From Zootoca vivipara (taxonomy: Eukaryota): a stretch of DNA of 64,000 bases. Of the stretch, positions 1 to 12,390 are shown in pieces; position 1 is the stretch's first letter; every line of letters starts with the position of its first letter. The position numbers were made by a program, and so were the translations under genes. The stretch covers positions 101,308,001-101,372,000 of the forward strand of contig NC_083279.1 in the NCBI RefSeq assembly GCF_963506605.1. The letters run 5' to 3'. The notes under the pieces are model-generated. The model was not told the origin of the DNA. It saw nothing but the letters and a program-made list of their open reading frames with translations, and made no database searches.

Positions 1-177
1 CGACTCACAGCTCAGTAGTGGGAGGACCTGGGTGGGAGCAGAATGTGTGAATGTGTGTCCACAGAGCATGCGCTGGATGCTTCTGGGCAGGGGGAGGCAG
101 TGGCTGCTCACCTGGCTGATGCTTGCACTTCCTCCTGTTTTCTCACAGGGCCACCAAGAGAGAAACATCTCCCCACC

Positions 178-1131
178 ATGGCAGCTGTCAATCGCTCCAG
201 CTTCACCATCGCCAAGTGCATCCTGGTTGGCGTGGAAGGCCTGGAGGAATCTCAGATGTGGATCTCCATCCCCTTCTGCTTGATGTTCCTCCTGGCTCTT
301 CTGGGCAATGGCCTCCTCCTCCTCGTCATCGCCAAGGAGCGCAGCCTTCATGAGCCCATGTTCCTCTTCCTGGCCATGCTGGCTGTGGCCGACGTGACTC
401 TGTGCACCACCACCATGCCCAAGACCCTCGGCATCTTCTGGTTCCACGCCCGGGAGATCGCCTTTGGGTCCTGCGTCACCCAGATGTTCATCATCCACTT
501 CCTTTTCGTAGCCGAGTCGGCCATTCTCCTGGCGATGGCGTACGACCGGTACGTTGCCATCTGCGACCCGCTGCGCTACGCCACTGTGCTGACGCCCTCG
601 TGGATCCTGAGGATCTTGGCAGCTGCGGTGGTGAGGGCCTTCTGCCTGATGGCCTCCTTGACCTTCCTCCTACTGCGGCTGCCCTTCTGCGGCCGCAACG
701 TCATTTCCCACACCTTCTGTGAGCACATGGGCATCGTTAGGCTGGCCTGCGCCGACATCACGCTCAATATCTGGTATGGGCTGACCGTGGCTCTCTTGAC
801 CACGGGGGTCGACACGGTTTTGATCGCCGTTTCGTATGCTTTGATCCTCCGTGCCGTCTTCCGCCTCCCGTCCAGAGACGCTCGGGCCAAAGCCCTGGGC
901 ACCTGCGGCTCCCATGTCTGCGTCATCCTGATGTTTTATGTCCCAGCCTTCTTCTCCATCTTTGCGTACAGGTTTGCAGCCAACAGCATCCCTCGCCCCG
1001 CTCACATCCTGCTGGCCAACGTCTTTGTCACTGTGCCCCCTATGCTGAACCCCATTGTCTATGGGGTGAAAACCAAGCAGATCCGTGAGTGCCTGGTTCA
1101 GCTGTTCTGGCGGCCTGGGAAGTGGCGCTGA
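178..1131 (+). CDS. Class I olfactory receptor, OR52 family (317 aa, single coding exon)
   Basis: Motifs [64 protein letters not shown] at 178 has Kozak context (accATGG) and follows a splice acceptor (ttttctcacag, ending 148). Confidence 0.95.
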   Translation: MAAVNRSSFTIAKCILVGVEGLEESQMWISIPFCLMFLLALLGNGLLLLVIAKERSLHEPMFLFLAMLAVADVTLCTTTMPKTLGIFWFHAREIAFGSCVTQMFIIHFLFVAESAILLAMAYDRYVAICDPLRYATVLTPSWILRILAAAVVRAFCLMASLTFLLLRLPFCGRNVISHTFCEHMGIVRLACADITLNIWYGLTVALLTTGVDTVLIAVSYALILRAVFRLPSRDARAKALGTCGSHVCVILMFYVPAFFSIFAYRFAANSIPRPAHILLANVFVTVPPMLNPIVYGVKTKQIRECLVQLFWRPGKWR

Positions 1132-1785
1132 GGATTCCAGGCACGTGTTCAATTATTTTATTTTATTTTTGCCTGTTGTTGTTGTTGTTGTTGTTGTTTA
1201 CAATCAAGCACTGTGTAAATTTTATAAAATAAATGAAATGAAATTTAATTGGGATGGAGCTGTTGCTCAATCTGCAGTATCAACAAACCACCACATCCTT
1301 TTTACCGGTATTACAACTGGGTTTTTTGCTGATTTTTTCGTGCAATTGTCAATAGAAAGACAGCTTAAAATGCAAAAGGTATGACTAAAAACAACATTAA
1401 AAAAATCAACAAAATGCAGGATAATGAGACATCATAAAGGAATTTTTGCATACACTGTACATGAAACCCGCTTCAGATTGGAATTGGATAAATTATAACC
1501 CACTGGTTTATTACTGTTATTGCAGCTATTTCATTACTAATTGTTTCTCTGAAAGAGTCAGATTGTAATGGGTCAAAAATTATGATGCTGATAAGACGCA
1601 TTCATACAAGCCAGACCATATTATATGCTGAAGGCACATCTATAGGCTTCATTATCCGTTTGTACAATAAAATCATGCCCAATAGCATGACAATGGTTGT
1701 GATCTTTTTATTCCCTTGTCCCCTTGGTCTTATGAGAGCATTTTTCTAATAGTTCCGTTCGCCACACTGCATATCCTACCCACGC

Positions 1786-2036
1786 CATGGGTAGGCAAAC
1801 TAAGGCCCGGGGGCCGGATCCGGCCCAACCACCTTCTAAATCCTGCTCACAAATGGTCGGGGAATCAGCGTGTTTTCACATGAGTAGAACATGTGCTTTT
1901 ATTTAAAACTCATCTCTGGGTTATTTGTGGGGCATAGGAATTTGTTCATCCCCCCCCAAAAAAATATAGTCTGCCCCCCCACCAGGTCTGAGGGACAGTG
2001 GACCGGCCCCCTGCTGAAAAAGTTTGTTGACTCCTG
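1786..2036. mobile_element. Non-autonomous hAT-type MITE
   Basis: Ends catgggtaggcaaact...agtttgttgactcctg; same family as 58571-58820. Confidence 0.75.
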
Positions 2037-4178
2037 AGTCCTACGCTCAGAATGGTGTCTGTTCTGCAGCCTCTCATCAGCAGGCGGTACTAAAGAAAAG
2101 CTCCCTGGGCAATTGCTGAAGGTGGGAAATTGAGGACCTGCAGGGTCTCAGCACCCCTCAAAGGCAGCGCATGACCCTGCCATCACCCTGTGCCAATAAC
2201 TCTCCCTGCTCTCTCCCTCTCTGACCTCTGCTCTTCTCCACAACCACATTTCAAAATTCATGGAGGGGGAAAGGGCTATTGATGACTCCTAGCCAGGATG
2301 GCTCTGCTCTGCCTCCACGTCTGGAGGCAGCGATGCTTCTGAATGCCAGTTGCTGGAAAACACAGGAAGGGAGAGGGCTCTTGAATCCTGCCTGAGGGCT
2401 TCCCATTGGGGCAACTCGTTGGTTCCTGCCTGCGCACTTTTTCCAGAAAAAGACCTGCCAGAACTCACCACGAACTTCTCCCTTGTTCTCTTATAATGGC
2501 CATGGCACCCACCCGAGAGGGGCCGGAACTGAGTTCCAGCTGAGGGGGGTGGGGAACAACCCTAGTTACTTTGAGAACAGGATACTGGACTAGATGAACC
2601 ACTGGCCTGATCCAGCAGGCTCCTCCTAGGTTCTTATGTAGGTATCCTGCCTGGATGCCACCTTTGCCTGGCACTCTCTTTCGCCAATCCTTGGTGCTCG
2701 TCTCTCCCTCCATCGCACAAGGGCTCTGCTGGCAGCCTTAGGGAGAAGGTGTTGGCACGGACAGGGAAAGTCAAGGGTGGGGTGGGGGGTGGGCAGGGGT
2801 TTCCATGGCAATCTGGAGGACTCCCATCCCTTGGCATGTGAACGCCAAAGCAGCAGGCAGGAAGGAAGGAAAGAGCTCAGCCAGGTCCTGTTAATCTTTA
2901 ATTCGGAGCCTGGATGCCCCAATGCTGGAATTCCCAGTCCGGAAGCATTGAGACCAGCATTTCTGCCCGTTCTCTTCCTAGCAAAGACACTTCCTCACCT
3001 CCTGCTGCTCAAGGTGAGCCAGCTGGCCTTCGCCCACGAAGGAGAGTCCCTGAGAACATCCTGAAAGTAAGTGCTGCTTCTTCCTTTGCTTTCATGCCCA
3101 GAAAACTCAAGGTGCTTAAACAGCTGCCCCTCGGGCTTGTTCTATCCTCACCGCAACCCTGCAAGGTAGGCTTAGTTTTTCTGTCAGGCATGGCAGAGGT
3201 CCCAGGACACTGGCAGAGCTCTCACATTCCCTTCCCAAAGCCCAGTGCCTTACTTACCGGTTTTGGAAAGGGCACCGAATGTTGTTGAGGGCCACAGAAA
3301 GGCCACCCTTGGGCTGCGTGTTGGACTCCCCTGAGCTAGATGGACCAAGAGGCTGGCTCCCTATCCGTTAGCTTCCTACATTCCTATGTTTGGTGGAGAG
3401 AGGATGACTGGCCCGAGATGGGGAGCAGACAATTCTTGGCCCTGAGAAACAGGGACCTGGGGCACCAGGGTTCAGATCCCCACTTGGCCGTGAAGGTCGC
3501 CCACTGAGCAATGACAGTGCAGCGGCACCGAGATCCTTCCCGTTGTGGCTCTGCTGCCAACTGATGAGGACACTCAGGGCAGGAACAAACTTCTGCGAGG
3601 CTGCGCTGTGTGTGGCCCTGGGAATGGAATGTAGGACCATGAAAGCATCATCGTTTGTCACGTGCAATGATGGGATTAGTCCTGAGCTATGGAGAGACCT
3701 ATTCAAAGCCACCTTCTGGTGCTGGGTGGAGTGAAGGGCTGGACTCAAGCCTGGCTGAATTAACCGAGAAAGCAGAGTTTGCCTTCCTTGCATGAGGACC
3801 TCAGAAGAGTCCGGCAGCTGAAACAGGCCTAAGAGACCCAACTAGACGCTGCACAGAGAAGCAGGCCAAGATGGCAACATGGGGGCCCCAAGGGAGGCTT
3901 ATAATTCTCCTAGGATTTATTCTTTGTGCCTCTCAGTGACCGGGGTGGGGGGTGGGGTAAGAGGGCAGGGAGTGCAGAACTTGTGCCTTGGCCCTGTTTC
4001 CAGGACACGTCTAGAACAGCCTGGGGCACCCAAATAATTATTTCGTTAATCATTTTTAAAAGCTGTGCAGAGAACTGAACACGTAAATGCGTCTTGTGCT
4101 TCTAATTTCTGGACATCCCTCCCTCCCTTCCAAAAGGCTTGCCCAAAGGCTGCCTCTGCTCCCTGATGTAACAACAGG

Positions 4179-4211
<33 letters not shown>

Positions 4212-4407
4212 TATCACTGGGGTCAGAAGCAGCAGGTGGGGAAATACCAAGCGCCAAGAGAGCCCAGAGGTGTGAGAAGGTCCAAGGCGAGACCAAGATT
4301 GGCAGCTATCAAAAGAAAGCTTGTAGCTCTGAGCAATCAGGATCAGGAAGCTCTTCACACTGGCTTTCCACAGAGCTACCAATTTGGCTTGCTGAAAGAG
4401 AGTAACA

Positions 4408-4845
4408 GAATCATAGAATTGTAGGGTTGAAAGGGACACCAAGAGTCATTTAGCCCAACCCCCTGCAATGCAGTTGACCATCCAACCTCTGCTTAAAAGC
4501 CACCAAAGAATGAGAGTCCACTGCCAATAGGCTTTGACAGTCAAAAAGTTCTTCCAAATGTTTAGCCAGAATCTCCTTTCTTGTCATTTGGATCCATTAG
4601 TTTGGGTCCTGCCCTCCAGAACAGCAAAAAGCCAAGCTTGCTCCGCCTTCCATGTGACAGCCCTTCAGATATTTGGCTAAACATCCCCAGCTGTTCCTCA
4701 TAAGGCTTGGTCTCCAGACCCCGGATCATCTTGGTTGCCCTCCTCTGCACAACTTGAAAATATCCTTCTGAAACTGGGGTGCCCAGAACTGGACACCAGA
4801 GTCAATGTGGGGCCTCACCAAGGCAGAATACAGGGGTGCTATTAC
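4408..4845 (-). mobile_element. CR1 LINE 3' fragment
   Basis: agaatcatagaattg tail; translates [18 protein letters not shown]. Confidence 0.8.
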
Positions 4846-5126
4846 CTTTTTTTAACCAAATAATTTTTATTAGTTTTCCAATTTTGTAAACAAATTCACA
4901 ACAAATTAATTCAAATTTAACACAAATTTAAAGATTTGCATTACACACACACACACACCCCTTCCAAGATGCTACTTCTCCTTCCCTCTGTTACTGCTTA
5001 CACTCCAGTGGTGCTATTACTTCCTTGATGTGGTCCTGTGGGCTATTGGTTTTGTAACATTTCTCTCTTTCTCTCTCCCTAGGAGCAGGAGACACCAGCG
5101 GAGAAGACCTGTCGCCTCCCGTCATC

Positions 5127-6086
5127 ATGGCTGCTCTCAATGACAGCAGCTTTGACCCCGTCACATTTGTCCTGACCGGCATCCCTGGCATGGAGGAATC
5201 CCACGTGTGGATTTCTGTCCCCTTCTGCCTCATGTACGTGGTGGCCCTCCTGGGGAACTCGTTCCTCCTCTTCCTCATTGCCACGGACCGCAGCCTTCGC
5301 CAGCCCATGTGCCTCTTCCTGGCCATGCTCTCTGTGGCGGACCTCCTGCTGTCCACGGTCACCGTGCCCGAGATGCTGGCCATCTTCTGGTTCGGCTCCA
5401 GAAAGATCTCCTTTGACGCCTGCATTGCCCAGATGTTCTTCACCCACTTCAGCTTCATCGCGGAGTCCACCATCCTGCTGGCCATGGCCTTTGACCGCTA
5501 CGTGGCCATCTGCGACCCGCTGCGCTACATGGCCATCCTGACCCCTTCGGTGATTGGGAAGGTGGCCCTGGCAGCCGTGGTCAGGGGGCTGTTCATCATG
5601 TCCCCACCCATCTTCCTCCTCAAGAGGCTGCCCTACTGCGGCCACAGCACCATGCAGCACACCTACTGCGAACACATGGGCATCGCCCGCCTGGCCTGCG
5701 GAGACATCACCATCAACATCTGGTACGGCTTCACGACCACCCTCCTGTCCTCAGGGGTGGACGTGGTGCTCATTGCCTTGTCGTACGGCTTGATCCTCAA
5801 GGCCGTCTTCCAGCTCTCCTCCAAGGAGGCCCGCCTCAAGGCTCTCCGCACCTGCGGCTCCCACATCTGCATCATCCTGATGTTCTACATGCCCGCCTTC
5901 TTCTCCTTCCTCACCCACCGCTTTGGCCACAACATCCCCAGCTGCATCCACATCCTGCTGGCCAACCTCTATGTCATTGTTCCTCCCATGCTCAACCCCA
6001 TCGTCTATGGGGTGAGAACGAGGCAGATACGGGAGCGAGTCTCCCATGTGTTCTCGCGGACAGGAAGGGGGAGGTGCTGCTGCTAG
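5127..6086 (+). CDS. Class I olfactory receptor, OR52 family (319 aa)
   Basis: [50 protein letters not shown]; pyrimidine-rich acceptor (ctctccctag) about 45 nt upstream of ATG. Confidence 0.96.
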   Translation: MAALNDSSFDPVTFVLTGIPGMEESHVWISVPFCLMYVVALLGNSFLLFLIATDRSLRQPMCLFLAMLSVADLLLSTVTVPEMLAIFWFGSRKISFDACIAQMFFTHFSFIAESTILLAMAFDRYVAICDPLRYMAILTPSVIGKVALAAVVRGLFIMSPPIFLLKRLPYCGHSTMQHTYCEHMGIARLACGDITINIWYGFTTTLLSSGVDVVLIALSYGLILKAVFQLSSKEARLKALRTCGSHICIILMFYMPAFFSFLTHRFGHNIPSCIHILLANLYVIVPPMLNPIVYGVRTRQIRERVSHVFSRTGRGRCCC

Positions 6087-7138
6087 GCGGCAGTGCTTGG
6101 AGCATCAGCCCCCCCCCCTGAGATATGCCTGAGATATGAAGACCCTCCTTCATGAGAGAAGGAAGGTGGGCTGCTGAGAAATTGGGTGAGCAGGAAGCTA
6201 AGGTGAAATTCTTACCTGGCTCTCTGCTCTCAGTTTCATAGAGCTGGGAAAAGTCCAGAAAAGGGCAACCGAAATGATCGAGGGGTGAAATGACTCCCCA
6301 ACAAGGAAATGTAGCAGCTTTTGTGACTTTTTAGTTTACGAAAAAGAAGAGTAAGAGGTGCCATGATAAAATTATATGTGGCATGGAGAAAATGGATAGG
6401 GAAACGTTTTTCTCCCTCTCACCTAACGCGATGGAGATCTAATAAAGCTGAATGCTGGAAGATTCGTGGCAGATAAAAGAAATGACTTTTTCGCGCAGAG
6501 TTGAACCGTGGAACTCACGCCCACAAGATGGAGTGATGACCACCAACCTATAAGAGGATTAACCAAATTCACGGAGGAGAGGGCTATCCATGGCTCTGCT
6601 CTGCTTGCACAATCAGAGGCCCCCATGCCTCTGAATCCTGGTTGCTAGAAACCACAGGTGTGGAGAGGGCTCTTGAGCTCGGATCCTGCTTATGGCTTCT
6701 CATTAGGATACCTGGTCAGCCACTGTGAGAACAGAACATGACACAGACCTAAGCCGGCGATACTGAAAGTCCGTCGTTGGGAAGCATCGTCGTTAAGTGG
6801 TAGAGCACCTGCTTGGAATGTAGAAAACTTAAGGAACTGGGGGGGGGGGGAGTGTCACGGAGTTCAGAGAATCCCATTTTATGGTTTTGACATTGTTTTT
6901 GTGTACAATTTTCTTTGTTTGTGGTTGTTATTGTATTGGTTATTGTGTGTTTTTGTTTTGTTTTTGTTATTTTTGTTGAAAATTTAATAAAAAATATTAT
7001 ATATATAGATAAAAGAAGGCCCCCGTTTCAATTCCCAAGGGCACTTCCAGGCTGAAACCCATGACAGCCACTTCCAGTTGGGGCAGCAGAAGGAACAACC
7101 CTGAGCTGCGTGGCACAATGGTGTGACTCAAGAGAAGG

Positions 7139-7657
7139 TAAAGGTAAAGGGACCCCTGACCATTAGGTCCATTCGCAGATGACTCTGGGCTTGTGGCGTT
7201 CATCTCGCTTTACTGGCCGAGGGAGCCAGCGTACAGCTTCCAGGTCATGTGGCCAGCATGACAAAGCCGCTTCTGGCGAACCACAGCAGCGCGCGGAAAC
7301 GCCGTTTACCTTCCTGCCGGAGCAGTACCTACCCGTATATTTCGGTGTATAAGACGACTGGGCGTATAAGACGACCCCCAACTTTTCCAGTTAAAATATA
7401 GTTTGGGATAGACTCGCCGTACAAGAAATACGACCCGGCGTATAAGATGACCCCCGACTTTTGAGAAGGTTTTCCTGGGTTAAAAAGTAGTCTTATACGC
7501 AGGAATATACTTGCACTTCATGCTTTCGAACTGCTAGGTGGGCAGGAGCAGGGACCAAGCAAAGGGAGCTCACCCTGTTGCGGGGATTCGAACCCCCAAC
7601 CTTCTGATCGGCAAGCCCTAGGCTCTGTGGTTTAACCCACAGCGCCACCCGCGTGGC
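7139..7657 (-). mobile_element. Sauria SINE with nested MITE
   Basis: (aaggta)n tail and cagcgccacccgcgt head; 14-bp TSD gactcaagagaagg at 7125-7138 and 7658-7671. Confidence 0.88.
7333..7510. mobile_element. Tc1/mariner-pogo-like MITE inside the SINE
   Basis: Terminal inverted repeats (TIRs) ccgtatatttcggtgtataagac / gtcttatacgcaggaatatac; internal gcgtataagacg repeats; follows a TA. Confidence 0.7.
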
Positions 7658-8814
7658 GACTCAAGAGAAGGCAGCTTCTAATGTTGAATCGGTAGCCGGG
7701 TGATTTTCTGGGCGGACCCACACTCTACATTCAAAGCACATTCAACACCCATTGAAAGCACATGACTCCCCCCAAATAATCCCGGGAAGCGTTGCTTGTG
7801 AAGGGTGCCTTGCAAAAGGGAAACCTCAAGAGCTCCGGTTGTAACAGTTGAGTTGAAAAGGACCCTGGCAGTACATTCAAAAACAGCATGTTGGCTTGGG
7901 TTTTAGTTTCAGGACGTTCTTCACAACTCTGACATTTTGGATGTGGTGGGAACCTTTGGGGAATGCGAGGGGGGAATTCTGGACTGGGGTCAAATGGATG
8001 GATGGGCCTTTCAGCTTATGCTAAAATGTGGGCTACATGAAAATATAACCAATAAGATGCAACACACCCATGCTCTTTTATTTTATCTGTTTTTATTGTG
8101 TTTTATTTTATTTTATTTCGTAATTAAATTTGTATACCGCCTTCCCTCCAAAGATCACAGGATGGATCACAGCATAAAAACAGAAAATGAGAAGGCAAAA
8201 TACATAATAAAACAAACACAACCCAGCAACCCCCCCCCAAACACACGTAAAAGACCATAGAATGTTAATGAGCCCAGGGCCTGGTTGAAGAGGGACGCTT
8301 TCTCCTGGCACCTAAAGGTATGTAACAAAGGCACCCGGCGAGCCTCCCTGGGGAGAGCATTCCACAAGTGGGGAGCCATTGCAGAAAAGGCCCCGTTCTC
8401 GTGTTGCCGCCCTCTGGACCTCTTGTGGGGGAAGCAGATGAGGAAGAGTCTCAGCTGATGATCACGGGGTCCAGGTCAGTTCATAGGGGGAGAGGTGGTC
8501 CTAAGCCCTTTGCGCCTCTGTCCATATGGTGTACACCAGGTAAGAAAGCGAGGGAATTCGGGTTGACATTTCTATTTGATCCACCTTGTGTTCAGCATGC
8601 TGGCAGTTACTGCAGTATTTTCTTTTCCAGATCTGTATAAATATTTGTTCAACCTCAAAAATACCCCGCTGTACTTATGCTGCATGTCATACTCCAGATC
8701 TGCATTGACACTGGATAAAACCTTAGAAATGTAGGGTTGGAAGATACACCAAATGCCATCTAGCCCAACCTCCTGCAATGCAAGAATCACAATAGTAATG
8801 ACCTCCAAGGAAGG

Positions 8815-9390
8815 AATCATAGAGTTGGAAGAGACCACAAGGGCCATCCAGTCCAACCCCCTGCCAAGCAGGAAACACCATCAAAGCATTCTTGACATAT
8901 GTCTGTCAAGCCTCTGCTTAAAGACCTCCAAAGAAGGAGACTCCACCACACTCCTTGGCAGCAAGTTCCACTGCCGAACAGCTCTTACTGTCAGGAAGTT
9001 CTTCCTAATGTTGAGGTGGAATCTTCTTTCTTGAAGTTTGAATCCATTGCTCCGTGTCCGCTTCTCTGGAGCAGCAGAAAACAACCTTTCTCCCTCCTCT
9101 ATATGACATCCATAACCTCCCAAGAGAGTCCTTTCCACAGCTCCAACTGTTAGAAAGGTCTTCCTCAAACTTAGTCAGAATCTCCTTTCTTGTAACTTGA
9201 ATCCGTTGGTTGCAGTCCTACCCTCTAAAGCAGGAGAAAACAAACTTGCTCCCTCCTCCATGTGACAGCCCTTAAGATATTTTAAGATGTCTCTCCTATC
9301 CCTTCTCAGCCTCCTCTTCTCCAGGCTAAACGTCCCCTGCTCCCTCATAAGGCTTGGTCTCCAGACCCTCAATCATCTTGGTTGCCCTTC
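8815..9390 (-). mobile_element. Two adjacent CR1 3' fragments
   Basis: Both translate [22 protein letters not shown]; gaatcatagagttggaag tail. Confidence 0.85.
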
Positions 9391-9490
9391 TCTGTTATCA
9401 TCTTTCTCTCATTGTTGGGGGAGGAATTCTGGGCTGGGTTGGGCTACCGAGTCCCTCTTGGGTCACTGGGCCTAAGGCAGTTGCATCTAG

Positions 9491-9510
9491 CGACCTCAGC
9501 GCTGACATCA
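9491..9510 (+). promoter_or_regulatory. Tandem CRE-like octamers upstream of ubiquilin-like A
   Basis: CGACCTCA-gcgc-TGACATCA about 180 bp before the ATG; same arrangement before the other two ubiquilin genes. Confidence 0.55.
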
Positions 9511-9691
9511 CAAATCACGGGTTCCACACCAGAAGGTTGTGTAGGGCCTCTGGGCTGGGGGAGGGAGGGGGTGTCAAGAAGAGGGACCCCACAGCTTGCG
9601 TGGTGACAGAGCAAAGGACCACTTTGGAGTGCGATGAGAAGCCAAGCCTGACTTGAGTCTTTGCTTCTTGCTCTCAAATCTTGGCAGCATT

Positions 9692-11188
9692 ATGGTCGAA
9701 AGCCAGAGAATCCCGGGGGTCGACCTCAGAGCCGCCGAGCCCCAGGTTGTTCGGATCATCGTGAAGACTCCGTGGCAGAAGGAAGAGTTTCTGGTCCACA
9801 GGGATATGTTGGTGCGAGAATTCAAGGAACATGTTGCCAGGCATTTCTCCTCTTCTCCTGACCAAATTGTGCTGGTGTATGTCGGAAGGATCTTGAAAGA
9901 CCACAAGACCCTTGGCCAGCATGGCGTCCACCTAGACCACGACGCAACAGTCTACGTGGTCGTCCGGTCTCCCCGGGGGCGCCCATCCAGGCAGGCTTCC
10001 GCCAGCCCTACCAGCACTGCCCCAGATCAGAAGCCTCCTCGGGGAGGTGCTTTCGCCAGCGACGGCCTCCGGGAGCTGACCGCCAGCCTGGGCCTCAACA
10101 CGGCCAACTTTTCAGAGTTCCAGAGCCAGCTGATGTCCAACCCAGACATGATGGTGCAACTGCTGGAGAACCCCTTTATCCAGAGCAAGCTCTCCAGCCC
10201 TGACCTGATGAAGGAGCTGGTCACCAGCAACCCGCAGGTGCGGCAGGTGATGCAGAAAGCCCCTGAGATCAGCCACGTCTTCAGCTCCCCAGAAGGAATG
10301 AGGTTGGTGGTGGAACTGGCAAGGAACCCAGCGGTTGTGAGGGAGTTCATCAAATCACCTCCCCAGGCTGCCACTTGTCCTGGAAGCGTCCCTGGCGGAG
10401 ACAACAACAGTGTCCTTCAGGGTGCATTCCCTGAGGCACAAAGGGGACTAGGGCAGAAGGCCATTCCCAAGCGCTGTGGGGCAAGCCCCTTGCCAGGATC
10501 CCTGGGGGGCCACCCACCCACCTTTGACCACGGTGAAAGGCTTGAGCGGGCCCGAGAGAGGCTGCCTTCTCCCAGACCTTGGCCTCCAAAGCCTGGTGCC
10601 CAGAACGGCAACGATCCGAGCAACGAGGAAAGCGGCGCCTTCAGAGGAGAGACAGGACAACTCGCCTCGGCTACTGTGAGGAACCTCCTCCACCAAATCA
10701 TAAAGCACCTCATGCAGAACCTGGCATCTGGCAGCCCCTCCAGGAGCAGCCCCAACCCGGAGGTGGTGGCCAAGATGGTCCGCAGGAACACCTCCGTGTC
10801 CAGGAGCCCCCGGGGGCAGGCGGCCCCACAGGTCCCAGACCTCCTCCAGCAGATTCAAAGCACAGACATCCTGTTGGCCAACTGGAGCCCCAAGGAGATC
10901 CAGGGGCTGGTAGAAATCCAGCAGAGGCTGCAGGCCCTCGCCACAGACGAGCCGGCAGCGGAGAGGCGAGGCAGATCCGAGCGGCCTGCGCGGAGGGCGC
11001 ACTCCATCACTTCCCTCTGCGACGTCCTGCCCCCCGTCTCCAGGGCAGGGCGCCAGGATGTCACCGCCCAGCAGATCTTGGAGACTCTGGTGGGCGCTGA
11101 CTTCTTAGCTGGCATGAAGACTGCCAGCCGCCTGCGGGGCTCGTCTGCGCAGCCGTCCTCCAAGCAGAAGCGGACGTACAAGCTCTGA
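9692..11188 (+). CDS. Intronless ubiquilin-like protein A (498 aa): UBL and STI1-like regions, no canonical UBA
   Basis: UBL VRIIVKTPWQKEEF...QIVLVYVGRILKDHKTLGQHG; ubiquilin-typical LGLNTANFSEFQSQLMSNPDMMVQLLENPFIQ and PEISHVF; AATAAA at 11302-11307. Confidence 0.9.
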   Translation: MVESQRIPGVDLRAAEPQVVRIIVKTPWQKEEFLVHRDMLVREFKEHVARHFSSSPDQIVLVYVGRILKDHKTLGQHGVHLDHDATVYVVVRSPRGRPSRQASASPTSTAPDQKPPRGGAFASDGLRELTASLGLNTANFSEFQSQLMSNPDMMVQLLENPFIQSKLSSPDLMKELVTSNPQVRQVMQKAPEISHVFSSPEGMRLVVELARNPAVVREFIKSPPQAATCPGSVPGGDNNSVLQGAFPEAQRGLGQKAIPKRCGASPLPGSLGGHPPTFDHGERLERARERLPSPRPWPPKPGAQNGNDPSNEESGAFRGETGQLASATVRNLLHQIIKHLMQNLASGSPSRSSPNPEVVAKMVRRNTSVSRSPRGQAAPQVPDLLQQIQSTDILLANWSPKEIQGLVEIQQRLQALATDEPAAERRGRSERPARRAHSITSLCDVLPPVSRAGRQDVTAQQILETLVGADFLAGMKTASRLRGSSAQPSSKQKRTYKL

Positions 11189-11880
11189 GGCGGAGGGAGA
11201 GGACGGAAGCTGAGCCATCCGCAGAAGGGAGGCTGGGCGGACTCCTGCAGCTGCTGTGCCGATGCGGGAGCTCTGCAAAGGCGTGGATTACATGGTTTGT
11301 GAATAAAAGGCTTTAAATCTTTCAAAAAGTCTCCTCTGTTGGCTTGGGGTAGGGAGGTGTGCCCTCCAAGCACCCCAATTTCCCAGGGACGGTCCTGGAA
11401 TTAGGAAAGTCACCCCAGCTTCTGATTGGATCCCAGAATGTCCCTAGTGCCCCTGCCGGTGCTGTCACCACCAAGCCCATTGCCTCTCTGTGGCCTCTCC
11501 TCCCTTGGGTAGATCATGGCAGCTGCTGAAGAGCGGGGGAGGATGAAGAGAGGCCACCACTGCTAAGGCCCTGCCTGCATGATGCACCAGCTCTGGGGTG
11601 CAGGCAGAAGGCAGAGCCGCCCTGGGCATAAAGAAATGGGGAGTGGAGCACAAGGAGTCTTGACTTTTTTATTTAAAAAAAAGGAAAGGAAAGAAATGAT
11701 TTGTGTGTCCGCATCTAAATTTATTTATCAGTGTGCGTTTTTCTTTTTGTAAATCTACCAAAGAATAAAATGGGGATCAATGGGTTTTCTCACGACGGTA
11801 GAGGGTGTGTGTGTACTGTGTCCTGCTGCTGGTGGGGGGATGCTTGCAAGCTTCCTCCTTCAGATAGGAAATGCTTGGGG

Positions 11881-11882
<2 letters not shown>

Positions 11883-11926
<44 letters not shown>

Positions 11927-12007
11927 TATTATTTATACCGCGCCCATCTGGCCAGGTTCCCCCAGCCACTCTGGGCAGCTTCCAACAAAATATTAAAATA
12001 CAGATAT
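11883..12007 (-). mobile_element. L2 LINE 3' end with (TAA)n tail
   Basis: tttataccgcgcccatctggccaggttcccccagccactctgggc matches the 3' end of the L2 at 43895-44765. Confidence 0.8.
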
Positions 12008-12390
12008 CCCATTGCCTCTCTGTGGCCTCTCCTCCCTTGGGTATATATGGGATATCAACGAGGGTCATTTGGGTGTGTGTGAGAAAAGTCCCTATTTTCA
12101 TCTGAGGAATGTTGGGGGTATGGTATGGATGCAATTTGTTCTCGGTTTTCTTGTTTCATCTTTTTGTAAAATGTTTTGAGGGTGGGTTTAAAAACAACAA
12201 CCACCACAACGATCAAGCGGTGTACATTTTTTTTTAAAATGAAACAAACCATTAAACAAAGTCTATAAGAACTTAAAAAGCTCCTGCTGGGCCAGGCCAA
12301 AGAGGGGGCCATCTAGTCCAGCAGCCTCGTCTCAGCGGCCAAAGTGCTTCGGCTCCTAGGAGCTGGGAATCCCTATGGCTTCAAGGCTGC

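Noticed and set aside
43-177. N-terminal extensions of the ORF calls for OR genes (also 42505-42615 and 56039-56275) and ubiquilin B (17995-18228)
   Set aside because: They start at non-ATG codons or run through splice acceptors; downstream ATGs give family-typical lengths.
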